A stretch of DNA of 64,000 nucleotides, from NCBI GenBank assembly GCA_037379345.1, contig CM074519.1, positions 40,964,851-41,028,850 on the forward strand, read 5' to 3'. This document shows positions 48,725 to 63,475 of the stretch, in pieces (the first letter of the stretch is position 1; every line of letters starts with the position of its first letter). The notes under the pieces are model-generated. The model saw nothing but the letters and a program-made list of their open reading frames with translations. It made no database searches and was not told the DNA's origin. The position numbers were made by a program, and so were the translations under genes. This DNA is from Perna viridis. Lineage: Eukaryota.

Positions 48725-49270
48725 AGAGTAATAGGGGAACCAAGATTCCAGAAGAAATCAGAAGAATGTAATCCAGGGCAAAGACCAGACACAGAAAACA
48801 GAAAGACAATAATGCATACATGGTAACAAAAGCAATTGAGCAACACGGACTCCACTAAAATCTGGGAGCATGGGCGAGGTGCACCGGCAGGGTAAGCGTC
48901 CTCTGTTTTTCTAGAAACACGATCCATGAGTTCATGATGACGACCATAAAACTTTTGTAGTGATGACTTCAATCTTGTAGCAACAAAATCCAGAAGCCTA
49001 ATGGTAAGAAGTCTTGCGAGATACAAAGAGTTTGCGTAGTTGCTGCAAGGATGTTGCCACAGATGAAAGGAAAGTTTACGATACGGAAGAAAATTCATAG
49101 CATTTCTCGTATAGTTTGGTCAATAAATTTCTTTTACCATCGAAATTTAGGTGTAGGTCAAGATATTAGGCTGATTTCACATTGTCCGTAGTATCCTTTA
49201 TATGTAGTTCTTTTATCTCTAGTTTTATTAAATAGATGCGATTTATCAAATCCTCGAAACAAGGATTGTT
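48725..49270 (-). mobile_element. Degenerate Penelope-like fragment (RT end + 3' UTR)
   Basis: ATRLKSSLQKFYGRHHEL joined to the family 3' UTR; KDTTD and YLDLHL remnants upstream. Confidence 0.8.
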
Positions 49271-51252
49271 TTTCTGACATGTGTCTATTTTCCATGCACA
49301 GTCTGTATCCTTGGAATATACTCTTGATTGGTTCTCGAATCTATTTTAACGTGATTACTTTTTTTCAAAATATTATTCACGATCAACCTATCATTTCTCT
49401 AGTTTTTTTTATGAATTTAGTGTACCTACCTTGACTTTCGATACAAGTATAACAGTCAATAGTAAAAAATCATTAGTTCATTTTAAAGATTTATGGAATT
49501 TTATTGCTTTAATAAAAACGATGTGCTCGCAAAATACAAGTGTTGTTATTGTCATTATAAAAATGTTTGATGATGATGATAATGATGATTTTGATGAAGA
49601 TGATCAAATATTGAAGATCAAAATGTATCACATCAATTATTATACATGTAAGTACCTGATTTTTTTACTTACCCATAAGATAAACTAACCTTCATGTGGT
49701 GCATGGTCTGATTCAAAAGAATGACACAAAACACGTTGAGATGTGTGAAATAATGCTTTAAAACATTCCCGGATGACTGCTATCTTATACTACAGTTTCT
49801 TGTAAACACCTTAACTGAACATTTTATTTGCAATTGATTGATTTATACAATACAGTTCGAAAACGGAGATTTTTTTAAATTACCATTTAGATTTTTACAA
49901 ACTATTGATTTGAAAATTAGCGTAACATTTTTTTAACCTTGGTTCCCTTGATTACTCTTTTAAATCATGTTCAGGTAACATTGTATTTTGCATTTGACGT
50001 CGTTTGAAATCTGTTCAAATAATAGTCTGTAAATGAATTTAAAAACAAATTAATATTTCTGTTCTATAACTTTAATCTTGATATTTAAGTGCAAAAATAA
50101 GGTTAAAGGTTAGTTGTTCTTATACAACAAATGTTCATAAAATTAGAATTGATATTTTAGTTCAAGTTTTGCTCCATTTAGGAACATTTTGATGATGAAA
50201 CCCGCATTAAATATCTTTAAAAAATATATTGAATTGGGACCCACCGCTCTGTACGCCGAATGACCTGTAAAAATAATATCAAACAGGCGTAGCCTTTAAT
50301 TTCAGCAAACACATGAATTCTGGTGATGTAAAAATTGAAATTTGAGGTCTTTGGTCACATCATTATTAAGGTTTTAAACAAAACTTCTTGTAAATACGAA
50401 CAGAAAATATTGTTTTTCCATTATATCAAGATAGGAGAGGTAAGAACCCCAAACACTGTCAAGCGAAAGACCTGAGAAACATTAGCAACAACAACAACAC
50501 AGACAAACAACGCCTGAAGTCACATGCAGTGAAATACATCACGCGGCATTTCACATTATAGTGCATAGAGCAAGTTATCGATCGTGAACCAATCAGACAA
50601 TTTATGCAAATCTGCAACTTTGGCATAAGAATCGAGGATGTGTGTCAAAATGATTACCATACAATTTGCAAACGATACAGACAACTCCAACTTTTATTTC
50701 ATTGAGTTGTTGGAATCCAAAAGGCAAAATGCTGCTTTTCATATTTGCTGATAAATTAATTTTCAAAATAAATGACGCATCAGTTCATATCCATTGCAAA
50801 TAGTAGCTATTTTCACATTTTCACTATCTTTGACTTATTTCTAAAAGTTTTGCTGGAACTAAAAAAAGGAATCCAATGGAAGTTTTGTTCACCATCTCAA
50901 ACTTGTTCCGTAACGATTAAACTGAAATACTTGACTTGTATCATCTATCTGTTCACGAACATTTCTCTGACTTGACATATAACGGGGGTGTAACAATGAC
51001 CACTGCACATGAAATAAGGCGTTTTTTTTTAATCACTTTTGATGTGGGTAATGTGTTAAACGCTATTGCAGATACTTATACAATATACGTGTACTTAAAC
51101 TTACAAAAGGTAATGTAAATATCATTATTATAGATATTAGCGCAGGATTTCTTTGTGGTAAACTATCGTACGTTGTGTGAAAGTTTGATATTCTTATTAT
51201 TGTGATACTACTATTCATAAATGTTTATAAACACTGTTATAAAAAAAATATT

Positions 51253-52437
51253 TTATTTCTGTACCTTTTGCTTTAAATTATGTTTATCATTAAGTCGTTT
51301 CCATGTAAAAATAACATCAGATGGGTCATCGTACCCATGGCTTGCTACCATACCACCTAACATACTCTTTCTTTTCTTTTTACCAGAATAAAAGCCCGGA
51401 AGACCTAATGGCGAGATATGAAGTTTTCTTGCGACTATCCCGAGATATGCGTCATCCATAAATATTTGTTTAATGTAAGGAAATGCTAACTGAAATTGTT
51501 TAGCAGTTGTCATAGAAACAATATACGCCCCGCCCATTATATAAGGTGGCCATCGATCGAACGGGTAATTTTCCCATGAAATATACCATTTTGATCCCTT
51601 ATCTCTGAAAGGTATTGCACGACTAGTTATTGTTCCACCATATACATCTACTTTAGTCCTTAAACGATCTGGCAATTTGCACAAATTCTTAACGTTTACA
51701 AAATAGTCATCATCAACAAAGAAAAGATAATCAACATGTCTGCAATATTTAACTGCCCAATTAAAGCCCATTACAGTTTTTATTGTATTGTTTCGGTAAG
51801 TGTCGATGAAATTTTCTTGAATTATATCGTGAAAGAGATTTAATTCCTCTAACATATCGCATTCTGTTTCATTTTTTGGTAATCCTAACATGAACACAAT
51901 GTTGACATTAGAAATATTCTGTAGGTTCCCCCACGTGTTCCTTATTGTTTCTCTCCTCTCTTTATTGCATATATCAGATTTCACTAATATGAGTATTGTC
52001 CAATTTTCTTGTTTTTGAAAACTACATTTACTTTGAGGTAATATTGTAAAATGAAACGGTTGCGGATTTATAGCTGATATGTTAATATTTTTCTTCATTC
52101 TGATGTCTCTTATCAGTTGACCCATGTCCACTTCTAACGGGTATGAAAATTCTCTTTTATATGACATGCCTCTAAAAACGAGTTTATCCTTTTGTTCAAT
52201 CACTGATTTACGTAGTTTTTCCTTGTAAAAAAGGCTTGCTGTTGTGTTCAGATCGCCATTAGGAAATATTTCAGAAAATGTAATTTTATCTGCTTTCTTG
52301 GCGTATTCACTGTACTGATCAGAAAACAATACAATCTCCAGAAACAACATGAAACAGAAACACTGAAGACAAATTGTTCCTATGTTTCTAATACTCCACC
52401 TCTTACACCATCTGAAACGCTGACGTGAACGTGTCAT
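51253..52437 (-). CDS. GT31 beta-1,3-glycosyltransferase, brainiac/B3GALT-like, type II membrane, single coding exon
   Basis: N-terminal TM; LILVKS, RRETIRNTWG, DIIQENFIDTYRNNTIKT, FVDDD (DxD), PFRDKGSKWY, YP...PPY..GGAY, DDAYLG. Likely 5'UTR acceptor TTTCAG at ~52486. Confidence 0.93.
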   Translation of the reverse strand: MTRSRQRFRWCKRWSIRNIGTICLQCFCFMLFLEIVLFSDQYSEYAKKADKITFSEIFPNGDLNTTASLFYKEKLRKSVIEQKDKLVFRGMSYKREFSYPLEVDMGQLIRDIRMKKNINISAINPQPFHFTILPQSKCSFQKQENWTILILVKSDICNKERRETIRNTWGNLQNISNVNIVFMLGLPKNETECDMLEELNLFHDIIQENFIDTYRNNTIKTVMGFNWAVKYCRHVDYLFFVDDDYFVNVKNLCKLPDRLRTKVDVYGGTITSRAIPFRDKGSKWYISWENYPFDRWPPYIMGGAYIVSMTTAKQFQLAFPYIKQIFMDDAYLGIVARKLHISPLGLPGFYSGKKKRKSMLGGMVASHGYDDPSDVIFTWKRLNDKHNLKQKVQK

Positions 52438-53224
52438 TGTTAATACTTAGTGTCATACCTCTAGACGTATAGATCATTAGTGCCGCTGAAACAAAGGTTT
52501 AAATGTAAATTAAAATCTATCCACAACTTCCTATTCCAAAAGAAAAATAAAGAACAACTTTAATGTATTATAAATACAATTTATAACATTTAAATCTGAT
52601 TATTTTTACCTGTGATTGTGATTGTTCATGTTGCATGGAAGATATCAGTTTTAAACCACTATATTTGAATTTATACCTTTAGGTACACAAGTGATATGTA
52701 TTGCCATTATATATCAAGCAGATACATTATGAATGTACTTAATAAAAAAAAACATTAAAATGTAATTGCAGCATAGTAACATAACAAATGTTAAAACATG
52801 TGTAACCATACTTGTTTATATAGTTGTGACTAAATGTAACAGTGAATGTCTTACCTTTGGGAGTTTTATCAAACCAATAACATTAAACCATTGAAGTGTA
52901 ACTGTGTGTGTGCACTTAATCTGGTATCCATTATCTAAAGTTTACTGACCTTTTTACTCAAGTAACAATTGAATGCGGATCATTCATGTTTTAAATACTT
53001 AGGAACACACACAAGTCTTAATGTATTTTAACGATAGTGTACGATGGGTAGGGATATTGTTAATATTGAAAGTTTGGATAATTTTCTGTAATATGACTAG
53101 CGTTCCAATAAATTAAGCATAATTGTTTATTGTTTATTTTAAACATCAGCATTAATGCTATATGATGGTTAATGAATTTTATATAGGCATGTGGTCGTTA
53201 TGGAATCTACAATGTGGTGGTATA

Positions 53225-53695
53225 GGGTAATCAAGGGAACCAAGGTTATAGCGGTAATCAAAAGAATGTAATCCAGGGACAAAGACCAGACATGGAAAAC
53301 AGACATGCACAACAAAGAACATAAAGTAACTAAAATCATACATACAAAGTAAGAAAAGCAAATGAGCAGCTCGGACTCCACTAAAAACTGGGAGCATGGA
53401 CCAGGTGCACCGGTAGGGTAAGCGTCCTCTGCTTTTCTAGAAACATCCGCCGAGTTGCTTATAAAAAGTTAAGTCCGGGGTAGACAAACGAGGAAAGGAA
53501 AACTATGACCCTACCAGTGCACCTTGACCATGCTTCAGGTTTTCAGTGGAGTCCGTGTTGCTCATTTACTGTTTTAATGAGAAGTATTATTTTTGTTATG
53601 TTATTCATTGTGTGTGTCTCTTTTCCTTTCTGATCGTTGTCCATGGATTACCTTCTTTTAATTTCCGTTAGAATCCTGATTACCTTGATATATCT
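53225..53695. mobile_element. Inverted pair of Penelope-like 3' fragments (minus 53225-53510, plus ~53511-53695)
   Basis: A well-conserved minus copy abuts a more degenerate plus copy (ACCCTACCAGTGCACC...GGAGTCCGTGTTGCTCAT). Confidence 0.8.
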
Positions 53696-55199
53696 TTTAC
53701 AATGAAATAATCGCTGGTTTGGCATGATTGCGCATCGGTTAATGGTTACGGCAATTAAAAAAAATGATCAATATTAAATTTATACAATATGTAAACGAAA
53801 CCCCTTTAATACCGAGTAAAATTTTGTTTAAATGAACTTCATTTGTTCTTTCCTTTTTTCATTGCATTTGATAAATGGATACGTTTGGTTTTAATAAAAA
53901 ATAAATATGTTCTATGCTTTTAAAAACTAATTTTTGTATGCAGCATTTCTCTCCATTTCTTAACTGATGTAAATTCATTTACCAAACGAAAACAAATTTA
54001 GTAAAAAGTTGAAGTAGAACGGTCAGTTAGAATGTTGGTTTTTAAAGGCAATTTCTGATGTTTTTGTTAATGATTTTGATGGATAAATTTTGAATATACA
54101 ACTATACAAAGCTAGAAGCAAATATTGGGTCATGCCTTATGTTGGCATACATTTATAAATGTTGCAAATCACATGCAATCTATTTCTTAGTTACGGAAAT
54201 TTATTTACACTATCATTAGCTTATTCTACTAACACAATTGAAAAAAGTACTTTAGTGTTAATTTCCGGTAAATCAATGGTACTGTTACGGAAACAAAGTT
54301 ATAAATCTATTGTATATTTTGACCTTTTAATTGTGTCAAAGATATATTTTCGATAAATGACTGGGAATTAACCTTTCTTGGAAGTATTCGTTTTTGCTTG
54401 AAACACTTTTTTACTATTTCATATCATTCGAGGACGCCGAACATACACATGCTCCATATCGATTCTTCAGGGGGTAAGTTATAGAGAGTATGAAATGTTA
54501 CCTATTACCTACATGTAGTTGTACAAAATGTTCGTTTTGTTTCGGTAATTTCTATTTAAATCATCGTTTTTATTAGTTCGTCTTAATCCCTATGATAATT
54601 GGATTCTGGTTTCTCGGTTGTTTTTTATCTTCTTATATCAAATACAAGACCAGAAAACTGAAATTTTATTTTTCTACTACAGAAAGTTATTGATAAATAC
54701 AGTTTATCTGTATTAAGGATATACCTACGATAGATATACAGTCATGATCACATTGTTTAAATATATTATTCTTCCCTGAAAAAAATCCAGTTATTTACTT
54801 TGTTTCTTTGCCTTTCAGTGAAATCAAATTACTCACCGTTAGACTGGCAGTAAAAAAAATAAACAGTGTCTTCGTGCAATTGCCAGGATAAAAAGCGATG
54901 CCATGCAAATATCGCGGGATTCTTTAATCTTGAACTTTGTAAAAAGAAATATTAAACGCTATCGGCATATTAGGCAATGAGTACCTTGGTGTAGAGTGAA
55001 TAAATATTTAATTTATTAAAGAGAGAGTACATATTAGAGCAAATGAAAACATAATTCAAGATTTAATAATGATACGGTAAAAATAACTCTTACGGATAAG
55101 TCTATTCAAATATTTTTTAGACTACAAGGATTCTGTTTAAACTTTTTATCTTTACTTTTTTCATTTCCGCAAAAACAAGGATGTGAAATCCAATTTGTG

Positions 55200-56200
55200 A
55201 AAAAGTTACGGCAAGCGCAACCAAACGTCAGCATCAAATCTTTACATTGATACAAAATTTAGTTTTTCACTAATTCATGGTAACAAAAACTAAAAAAATT
55301 ACTGGTACATTTGAAACAGAAATTTTGTTCATTTAAGTCTAAACCATCGCTACAAAACGGGCATATCAAACTATATGACAATATATACACCATATAAAGG
55401 AGCCGAATGAATGTCCCGGTCAAGGAGGGGCAGTTAACTATTGGAAACGAGATGTCGTTCCTTTTGAAGTACATTTAGGTTGCGAGTATACCTTGAGAAA
55501 TGGAAACCCCCAAATCCAGAAAAGAAAATTTCAAACTGTCTTTATTAGCTTTTTTTTTAGATAAATGCTCTAGGGTGAACAGTGAATTTGAAAAAGTCAG
55601 GATCATTCAGAAAAAAAATTCATCAAGGAAGCGATAAGCACTATGACATTTGTCTAGTAGATCAGGTTTGGAAGGATCTTTATGAAGTTTGCCCTTAAAC
55701 TGAGATTCATAACGATACAGGAATATATCTGTTATCAATCTCTGCCCATCGGAATTCCTACGACCTGCCGATAAATATTAACGCCAAAACAGATAAGAAT
55801 GTTGTCAAGAAGAAAAGACGACTGAATTAATCATAACCTCAGGGTCAAGCAAGTATAACATTGATATTTGTCTCCTTCGTCTGTTTTATTCAGGTAATGT
55901 GGAAATGTGGTGTAAAGTTTGGAGTAATCATTACTGTCCACACTTTCTATGGGTTTATCCAAATCATGTTGTTTATCCAAAACTGCCAGAGAGTTTTCCA
56001 CACTCCAAAAAAAGTTAACACCAGTATGTCCTTAAGCTTTATTACAATAATTTACAATTAGTTCCTTTATCTTAGTGAGTGTACTGGTTAAAAGGACAAA
56101 AATAATAACTGTAGTCCACTTAATGGACGCTGAGATGAAACGGAATTTGGAGGGATCATTGTGTAATTTATTTATTCAACACATGGCAGGAACTTAAGCC
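55200..56200 (-). mobile_element. Old Penelope-like RT remnant, second family
   Basis: DYSKLYTTFPH-like (~55900-55930), GIPMG-like (~55745-55760), YRFLDE-like and YFKRNDISFPIVNCP motifs in shifting frames. Confidence 0.65.
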
Positions 56201-56388
56201 TATCTGTGTCAGTAATGTGATGGTTCCCTATTAGACTCCCTGTTGAGTACATGGCTTGAAATGTAGAAAAATTCAATCATTCTTAGTCAACAAACAAAAA
56301 GTGATAAGACATTAAAAATTACAAAGGTTATATTGCAACGTCAAATAATTGAATATTTGATATTTTTGCGTACAAAACAAATTTAATG

Positions 56389-59300
56389 TCAAGTGCTGTC
56401 GCGCATGCTCCTTGAAGGTATTGATTTTATATCAGTATAGGTGTGCACTGATACGTGTCGTGGAGCGGGTGATTCATATTTCCCGTCAGACTTAACTATC
56501 ATTTTACTTTCGTCACTTGAACTTGTTGCCCTTTGTCGTTCTTCCATCTGGTTTGATTCAATCTTGAATGGTGTCATATAGCCTGATGAATCCTGCATTA
56601 TAATGTCTCTTGTATGTCGCTCGAAAGGGAGTATTGGGTTTTGTGAACTGCTCAAGTTCTGATGTGTGATTTGATGTTCGTCTCGTCCATGGAGAGAATC
56701 ACCTTGTATGCATTGAGCAATAGGCAGCATAGGAATACTGTGAACTTCATCGTAGTGAGTTGTCATTGTTGTTTTAATGAGGACTTCATTATTTCTTGGT
56801 TAGGTGTGCGCCTACAAAAATACACAAAAAGTAATGTTCTTCCTTCAAACATCTATTCTGTTAAACCTTTTTTATCTCAAGAATTTGAACAGATATCAGA
56901 TGTCTAAATTGACACGAAATCATAGTTATTGACTGATATTTTTTGCTTGTTTGTATAGTATGTTCTAAACATTCTGTCACCATTTAAAATTCTAGTGATT
57001 AAATCGAATACATTGAAGCTTGCAGTACAATGTTCATGCGTTTTTTTAATGTGAAATGATATTAGTCGTTAATCGGGTAAGATATGCAGATCACCCTCCT
57101 ATCATCATTTCATGTTTGATAAACCTCTAAATATCTTTAAGCACTGTACTCAGTTTGTACATTGACAAATATGTGTAAAATTCAGTGTTATTTATGATTC
57201 ATTTAAACCAATAAATTAAGGATTAACGAACATCTTGTTATTGATGATACAATATCTTCTTATTTCTAAAACTAACAATCTATGTTCAAACTACATGTAT
57301 ATTGAATTTAAGATACCATTTCTGCGTTTAATGATTGACTAAGTCAATGATTGTAAGTTCAGATTAATTTAAAATTTATATTTGTTTCCTTAATATTTGT
57401 TTAGAGTATTCCAAAAAGTCCAGCTACTATGTAGTTAGTTTTTAAATTCAAAACACATAACATTGGGAAACAACCTAACTGTTTTTGGAGATATAAAAAG
57501 TTTTGTTGTATCAATATTAAGTATCATTATTCTCACCACACTTGAATTAACCATACCGTGCCAAATATTTGAAAGAAACACAGACAGTTCGTCTACACGT
57601 AAAGATACCCAAAATGTCAGCATGATCATAAATTTGTTATTTATGGAATTATAAGCAAATAACACCGACCTGCCTTTATAAAGAGCACTAAGGTGGATAT
57701 ACCACATAGACATCCGATAATAACCAATGGCAGCAGTAAATGGAGTGATGGCTTTGGTTCTGGGCATTGTAGTTCTAGAAATTTATTTTAAATTGTTACT
57801 CTAGCAACCTATGACTTGCTTACTGTCCAATTACATACTTTGAACGACATATCGCTGTTTTGATATATTTCAAAATAAATTAATGAATCAGATATATTTT
57901 AGATATTACACCTTTTGGAATAATGACACATAGAATTTGTAGTCTTTATAAAGTAAGATGAAATATCTGCATTTCACTGAGCTCTATAGACAGAACTATT
58001 ACAGAAACTATTTACCAGATATATAATCATGATATTTCAGGTATTTTGTTATTTACCAGTTCGCATAATGTATTCCATAGTTTTTTCCCAAAAACAACCA
58101 ACAGTGTTTACTCCATAAAGCTGCACAAAGTAGATTGTATCAGGTACTAAATCTTTTATGTATGTGTGTGTGTTGAAGTAATACAACAAACTTCATTCCA
58201 TTGAGTTTCTTGGACTTCTATATATCTCAATGTGAAATTTTGTGGTGGTTGTCTTGTTGTTTCTCCTGGTTGCCATTTTATAAAGATTTTAGTTTCGTAT
58301 TCAATGATCTGTATGTTTGTTGGCATAGCAGGTAGAGCTGGTAAAAAAGATTATCTTTGCTAAGTAAGCAATCGGCGGGATGAAAATAATTAAAATTATT
58401 AGAAGCTCCAAGAGTATATAACAGTAAGTGGAGATATACTTCCAAATCACTAATTTGCTTTTGCAACTACAATAACTTACTATACTTAACTTTACTGACG
58501 CTTCTTTTTCCGAAGATGTTCAATATATTTGATAATATAGTTTTCATAAATGTGTTTTTTTTTTCAAAATGGACCAGTAATATGTCTTAGGTCTGTAATA
58601 ATTGCCAATGAAATACTACAGAGTTCCAAGGCAACTCCGAGTACTAATATAGTCTTTCAAGAGCCATTTAACTCTTCGAGGACATATCACTTGTTTATTT
58701 TGTAGACAACAAAATGCACATTTCTTAATACATTTAACCGTTTTTTTAAAAAGCTGTTGATATTCTTATCAGTCAACACTAACGTGGAAGTTTTGTAGCC
58801 AAACATTTTCTAAATACATGTAATCAGTTCAAAATTTAAATAACAATATGATTTTTAGTTTATTTCTGCATCATGTTAACAATTTTAGAATTTAAATTCA
58901 TATACTGAAACTGAAATCACTACACTTGTACTTGTTTTTGTTTACCTTATGATGTAACATTGTCTTTTTGTTAAAAAAGGAAAGATGGACAGATCCGAGA
59001 AGCCATAGTAACTCATGACAACCGGTTGAACCTATACTAGACTGGCAAGGAACATAATGCACATTATGTTGTTATATTAACCAGGCAAATTTATCTATAA
59101 TGTAATCAACTGATAAATGACATTTTGGTATCATCTAGACTTATAAGGAGGGCAAAAGACATCGACGTTTACACTTTGACCTACCAAGGCTATGTAAATG
59201 AATAACGGGAGAATATCACATGGGCATGTGTGTATAAAAATCCTAATATAATTTTGTTCATTTCATTCACAGCTTAACGAAATAAAAATATAAAAAATAA

Positions 59301-60410
59301 AAATAAGATCTATTTATGTATCTTTTAACAAATTATCGAAAATAGAGTAGAAAGGTTTTACTTTGAAAGGAAAGGGGAATTTATTCATTTCGACCCAAAA
59401 ATATTAGTTTATGTACCATCCCTAAAAACACTTCAAAATAAGAATATTTCGTGTTACATACAATTTGTTTTCACGCATGATCGTCAAGTCCCCAGTGTAA
59501 AGAAAACAGAAGACAATATTAGTCTTAATGTATTGTAATTTGTTAATTGTCTCTGATATTTTTGAAACGTCAACAAATTGTTGAATAATGTCACGTACCA
59601 TAAACACGAAGAGTAATATTCTCTGTCAAGACAAGTTTGTCATTGCCATTAAAGGCCTCACATCTATAAACAATATCATCTTCTGCGATTATTGGTTTTA
59701 ACAGAAGTTGTAAGTTATCAGTACGAGTCCATACAATTGTTTCGTTTTCTCTTGTCCACCGTAAAACTACAACATGGTCGCCTTTTGTAATACTACAGTT
59801 CAGAACTAATTCTTCATTTTCACTAAGAGTGATTGTACCATTTGTTTCCTTTCTTGCAATTACCATATTGGATAGATTTTCTGAAAGAAAAAAAAAACAA
59901 AAAACAAAAAAACAAAAAAACAAAAACAAAAAAAAAAAAAACAAAAAAGAAACCAAAAAAAAAAAAAACGCTAATATAACGACACCTTCCACCGTTAGCA
60001 AGTAAGAAATAAGAAGTTTTTTCCACAACAACAGCAACAAATAAAAATAGTTCGTTTGATGTTCAAGTAAATTATTATCAAAGTTATTTAAGGTAACTAA
60101 TTCTAACTAAAACATTACATATTACTTGCTTCTTAAGTTCACACGGAACACAAAAACGGTGGAACTGTTTTTCCGATGCCAATGGCAAGTATACATCCCA
60201 AAGGAAATTTCTGTTAAGTTGCTAATGCATAGTTCATATACTTAGATCTTGGATCAACTTTTAGGTAATAATTGCTATTTAATACTTGGTCTCAACTAGC
60301 AACAATGTCTGTATTTCAAATCCAACGTACGCGCTCTAAGTTATCGTTTACCGGACATGTCAAACATATTCTACTCCATTCATCTGCTTGGATCAAAACG
60401 CCGATAGAAA
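56389..60410 (-). pseudogene. Multi-exon Ig-Ig-FN3-TM receptor with a Tyr-motif cytoplasmic tail, pseudogenised
   Basis: Exons: V-type Ig ~60130-60410 (two TGA stops and a frameshift); Ig 59599-59880 (intact, phase 1-1); FN3 58057-58337 (+2 frameshift in an (AC)n run); TM ~57670-57773 (LLLPLVIIGCLCGISTLVLFI); tail 56389-56811 (in-frame TAA, then HYDEV, GYMTP, KYESP, HTYTDI). Confidence 0.8.
59599..59880 (-). CDS. Intact Ig-domain exon of the receptor pseudogene
   Basis: Acceptor TTTCAG|, then LVLNCSI...LRWTRENE...DDIVYRCEAFN...ITLRVY, donor G|GTACGT. Length 282 bp. Confidence 0.8.
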
Positions 60411-61669
60411 AGAGTAAATTAGTTCATCTATATCTACATTTTTAGTAAAAAAAATCGTAATAGATCATATTTGAATAAAGTTTGTATTCCAAACTTTTGG
60501 TCAGAAATTTTAGTTTTTCAATAGGATGCCGAAGAGCATAACTTTTAACAAATAAAACTTATTTTAAGTTATTTTACTGCATCTTCCTCTTAAAACCCTT
60601 CATCAGTGTGAATCAGGGTTTTTATTAAATCATTGTATACATTAATTCTAGTAAAAATATGTATGGATGAAACAAAACTGGAAACAGATAAAGAAAGAAC
60701 AAAATATATACATTTTAAGAATCAACATAATCCTTACTAGGATGAGCTTTCGTTAATATTGTGAAGGTCAAATAACAATTACAATTTATCTTTGTTACTA
60801 CAGAAGATAAAAGCAAACAATAAATATGAATCCATCAGTAACAGAACGATTGTAAAAAAATGAAATCTGAACTTCAGCGTTGAAGTACATGAATCTGCCG
60901 ATTTTTTCCCTCGGTGAATACAAATTAAATTTGCATAGATTAAGCCAAAATAACCAAAAACAAGCATTCTCTTTATTTCGGAAAAGGCAATGTAAAATAC
61001 TCTAAATCTGAAGATTATACTTACAGTCAATTGTCGTTTTCATATTTACCGAATGCAAGCAATTTTCTCTTTTTTTCAAAGAGACGTAACCCACAACACC
61101 CACCAACCTGGTTGGCGGTCTCAATGGGGAAGGGAAGGATAGTAAACATTTTTCTTTAAAACTTAAACTATTTGCACTTCAGTAGCAACATGGTTTCAAA
61201 TTAATTATTCAAAATTAACCAAGTACTTAACGCAACTACAACGAGTCAAATATTTGAATTTGAAGCCTACCGCTGTCCATTGCTCCGATCGGACAGTAAA
61301 CCAGTTTGCCGGGTTGGAAGGTTACTTCATTTTGCTCAAAATTGAAAAAAAAAGAAAAACGGAGTCAAAGTTTCGGGAATATGAAAAAGGTCTATTGTTT
61401 TAAGGTCTTCAAAGGTCTCCCAGGTCTCTAATTTAACAACGTTTCAGTTGTGAATAGATATGAACAGAATATTTTTGTACACATACAGTTAAAATTATAA
61501 TACATTGAAAAATCCTAGCGAATTACAAATTGTTATGCCTGTTATATTGTCAGACCAAAGTTACAAATGGTGACTTGCACTGAGTAATTATCATCACAGA
61601 TACACTATGTAGATGTGGTACTCATGTTTAAGATGTTTACCTCTTGCATTGCCCTTCCCATATAAATGA

Positions 61670-61930
61670 GAGAGTAATCAAGGGAACCAAGGTTATAGCG
61701 GTAATCAAAAGAATGTAATCCAGAGACAAAGACCAGACATGGAAAACAGACATACACAACAAGGAACATAAAGTAACTAAAATCATACATACAAAGTAAC
61801 AAAAGTAAATGAGCGACTCGGACTCCACTAAAAACTGGGAGCATGGGTCAGGCGCACCGATAGGGTAAGCGTCCTCTGCTTTTCTAGAAACACACGCCGA
61901 GTTGCTCATAAAAAGTCAAATCCGGGGTAG
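61670..61930 (-). mobile_element. Penelope-like 3' fragment
   Basis: Near-consensus family tail and 3' UTR. Confidence 0.9.
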
Positions 61931-63338
61931 TGAGAAAATTGTTTAATATTTTAAGATGGCTTTGTGGTACTTACCCACCTAACACAAAATTTTATTATGT
62001 GGAAGCCCTGAATTAACAAAATAACTACGGAGGGCAGACCAAAATTATCGAAACAGGAAGCCAAATTCAGCACCGAGAAGTTCTACTAAGCACATATTTT
62101 GGAACGAAGACTCACTGTTGAAGCGCTTGTGAAAATTAATGATTTACGATAGAAATGATTTAAATCAGATAAGTCGGACTACTGGTATTAACTAGAAGTA
62201 CCCTTGAAGACCTGTGTTCAAGCATTTGTGTCGTCGATCCAGTGTTTGATCAATGCTCATGTCAAATTCAGGTGTGCTATACATGTGGAAACTGTACAGG
62301 TCAGTAACATCTTATAAAACCATGCAGTGTCTTAAAAAAAAAACCTCTGTTTTTATTTTTTTATCTTTTTCTAGTTATGAACCATAAACAAATTCAATGT
62401 TTCCAACTTGCAAACAGTTTGAGTTTTAAAAACTCGCTTGAAGTGCTTGATAAATTACATTGATAAATCTTTCGAATCTGTTCAAAGTCTTGATTTTTCT
62501 ACACTACACACTACACTTCCACATAATCTCATAAAGCGAAAATTCACATACATGTATCTTCTATGTATCAAATGGTTAATCTGAATGTGACCATATATTT
62601 TGTCGAATTCTTTTAGATAGTTTTTAGTAAAATAATATGTTCTTAGATGTATGTGACCAATTTTACATTCTATTGATTCAGTAGCATATATTTAAACATG
62701 CAGTTCAACGTTCATGAGATGTTGTTAATGCGATGTGTTATTGTATTGGTCGTTGGTCGGTAACATGATCATTCGCGTAATATCGTTTTATGTTCAATGA
62801 ACATTTGAAAATCTTTGGCTATTGTATAAAGCTTGTACATTAACAAGCGATGTAGAAAACTTCCTGTCATATACAGTTTACTAAACTCAGGAGATTAAGA
62901 CTGAGATTAACGAACCTCTTATAACTGGTGTCACAACATTTTAGTATTTCTAAAACTAAACAGGAAAGTAACCATTTAAAGGCGTTTTATATTTTACCAT
63001 CACGACGTTTGAAGTTTTATTCATTTAAATTTTCCTGAAGATTTGCTTATTAATAAATCATTCGATAAGTCCAGCTATCATGCAGTTTTTATCAAATTAT
63101 TACACATTACATTGAAAAACGATTTTGGAAAAATATAAATTACGGGCATTTTGCTGTTTAAACTGTGTGTTTTTTGATGTATCCAAATTACATATCATAA
63201 TTTTCAACAGGCTCAAGTAACCAAAACATGCCAAATATTACAAAGTTTTAAAGAGACAACTAGTTTATACATAGATGTACCTTATATGTCAACATGATCA
63301 TTAAATTAGTATTTACTGAATTACACATAACACTAACC

Positions 63339-63475
63339 TGCCTCGACGGAGAGCACTAATGTGAAAATACAACCGACACACCCAATGATAATCAAGGGCA
63401 GCAGTAAATGTTTTGATGGCTTATGTTCTGGGGAATATGTTGGATTTATTTCTGGACAACTTGATGGCTTTGGTT
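63339..63475 (-). CDS. TM exon of a tandem paralogue of the Ig/FN3 receptor (upstream exons beyond the window end; functional status unknown)
   Basis: TCTAG|AA..EPKPSSCPEINPTYSPEHKPSKHLLLPLIIIGCVGCIFTLVLSVEA G|GTTAGT. Flanking introns 62690-63600 align with 57000-57900. Confidence 0.7.

Noticed and set aside
59881-60040. Phe-rich N-terminal 'TM' part of ORF 59591-60040
   Set aside because: It is intronic T-rich simple repeat (polypyrimidine tract) upstream of the Ig exon acceptor.
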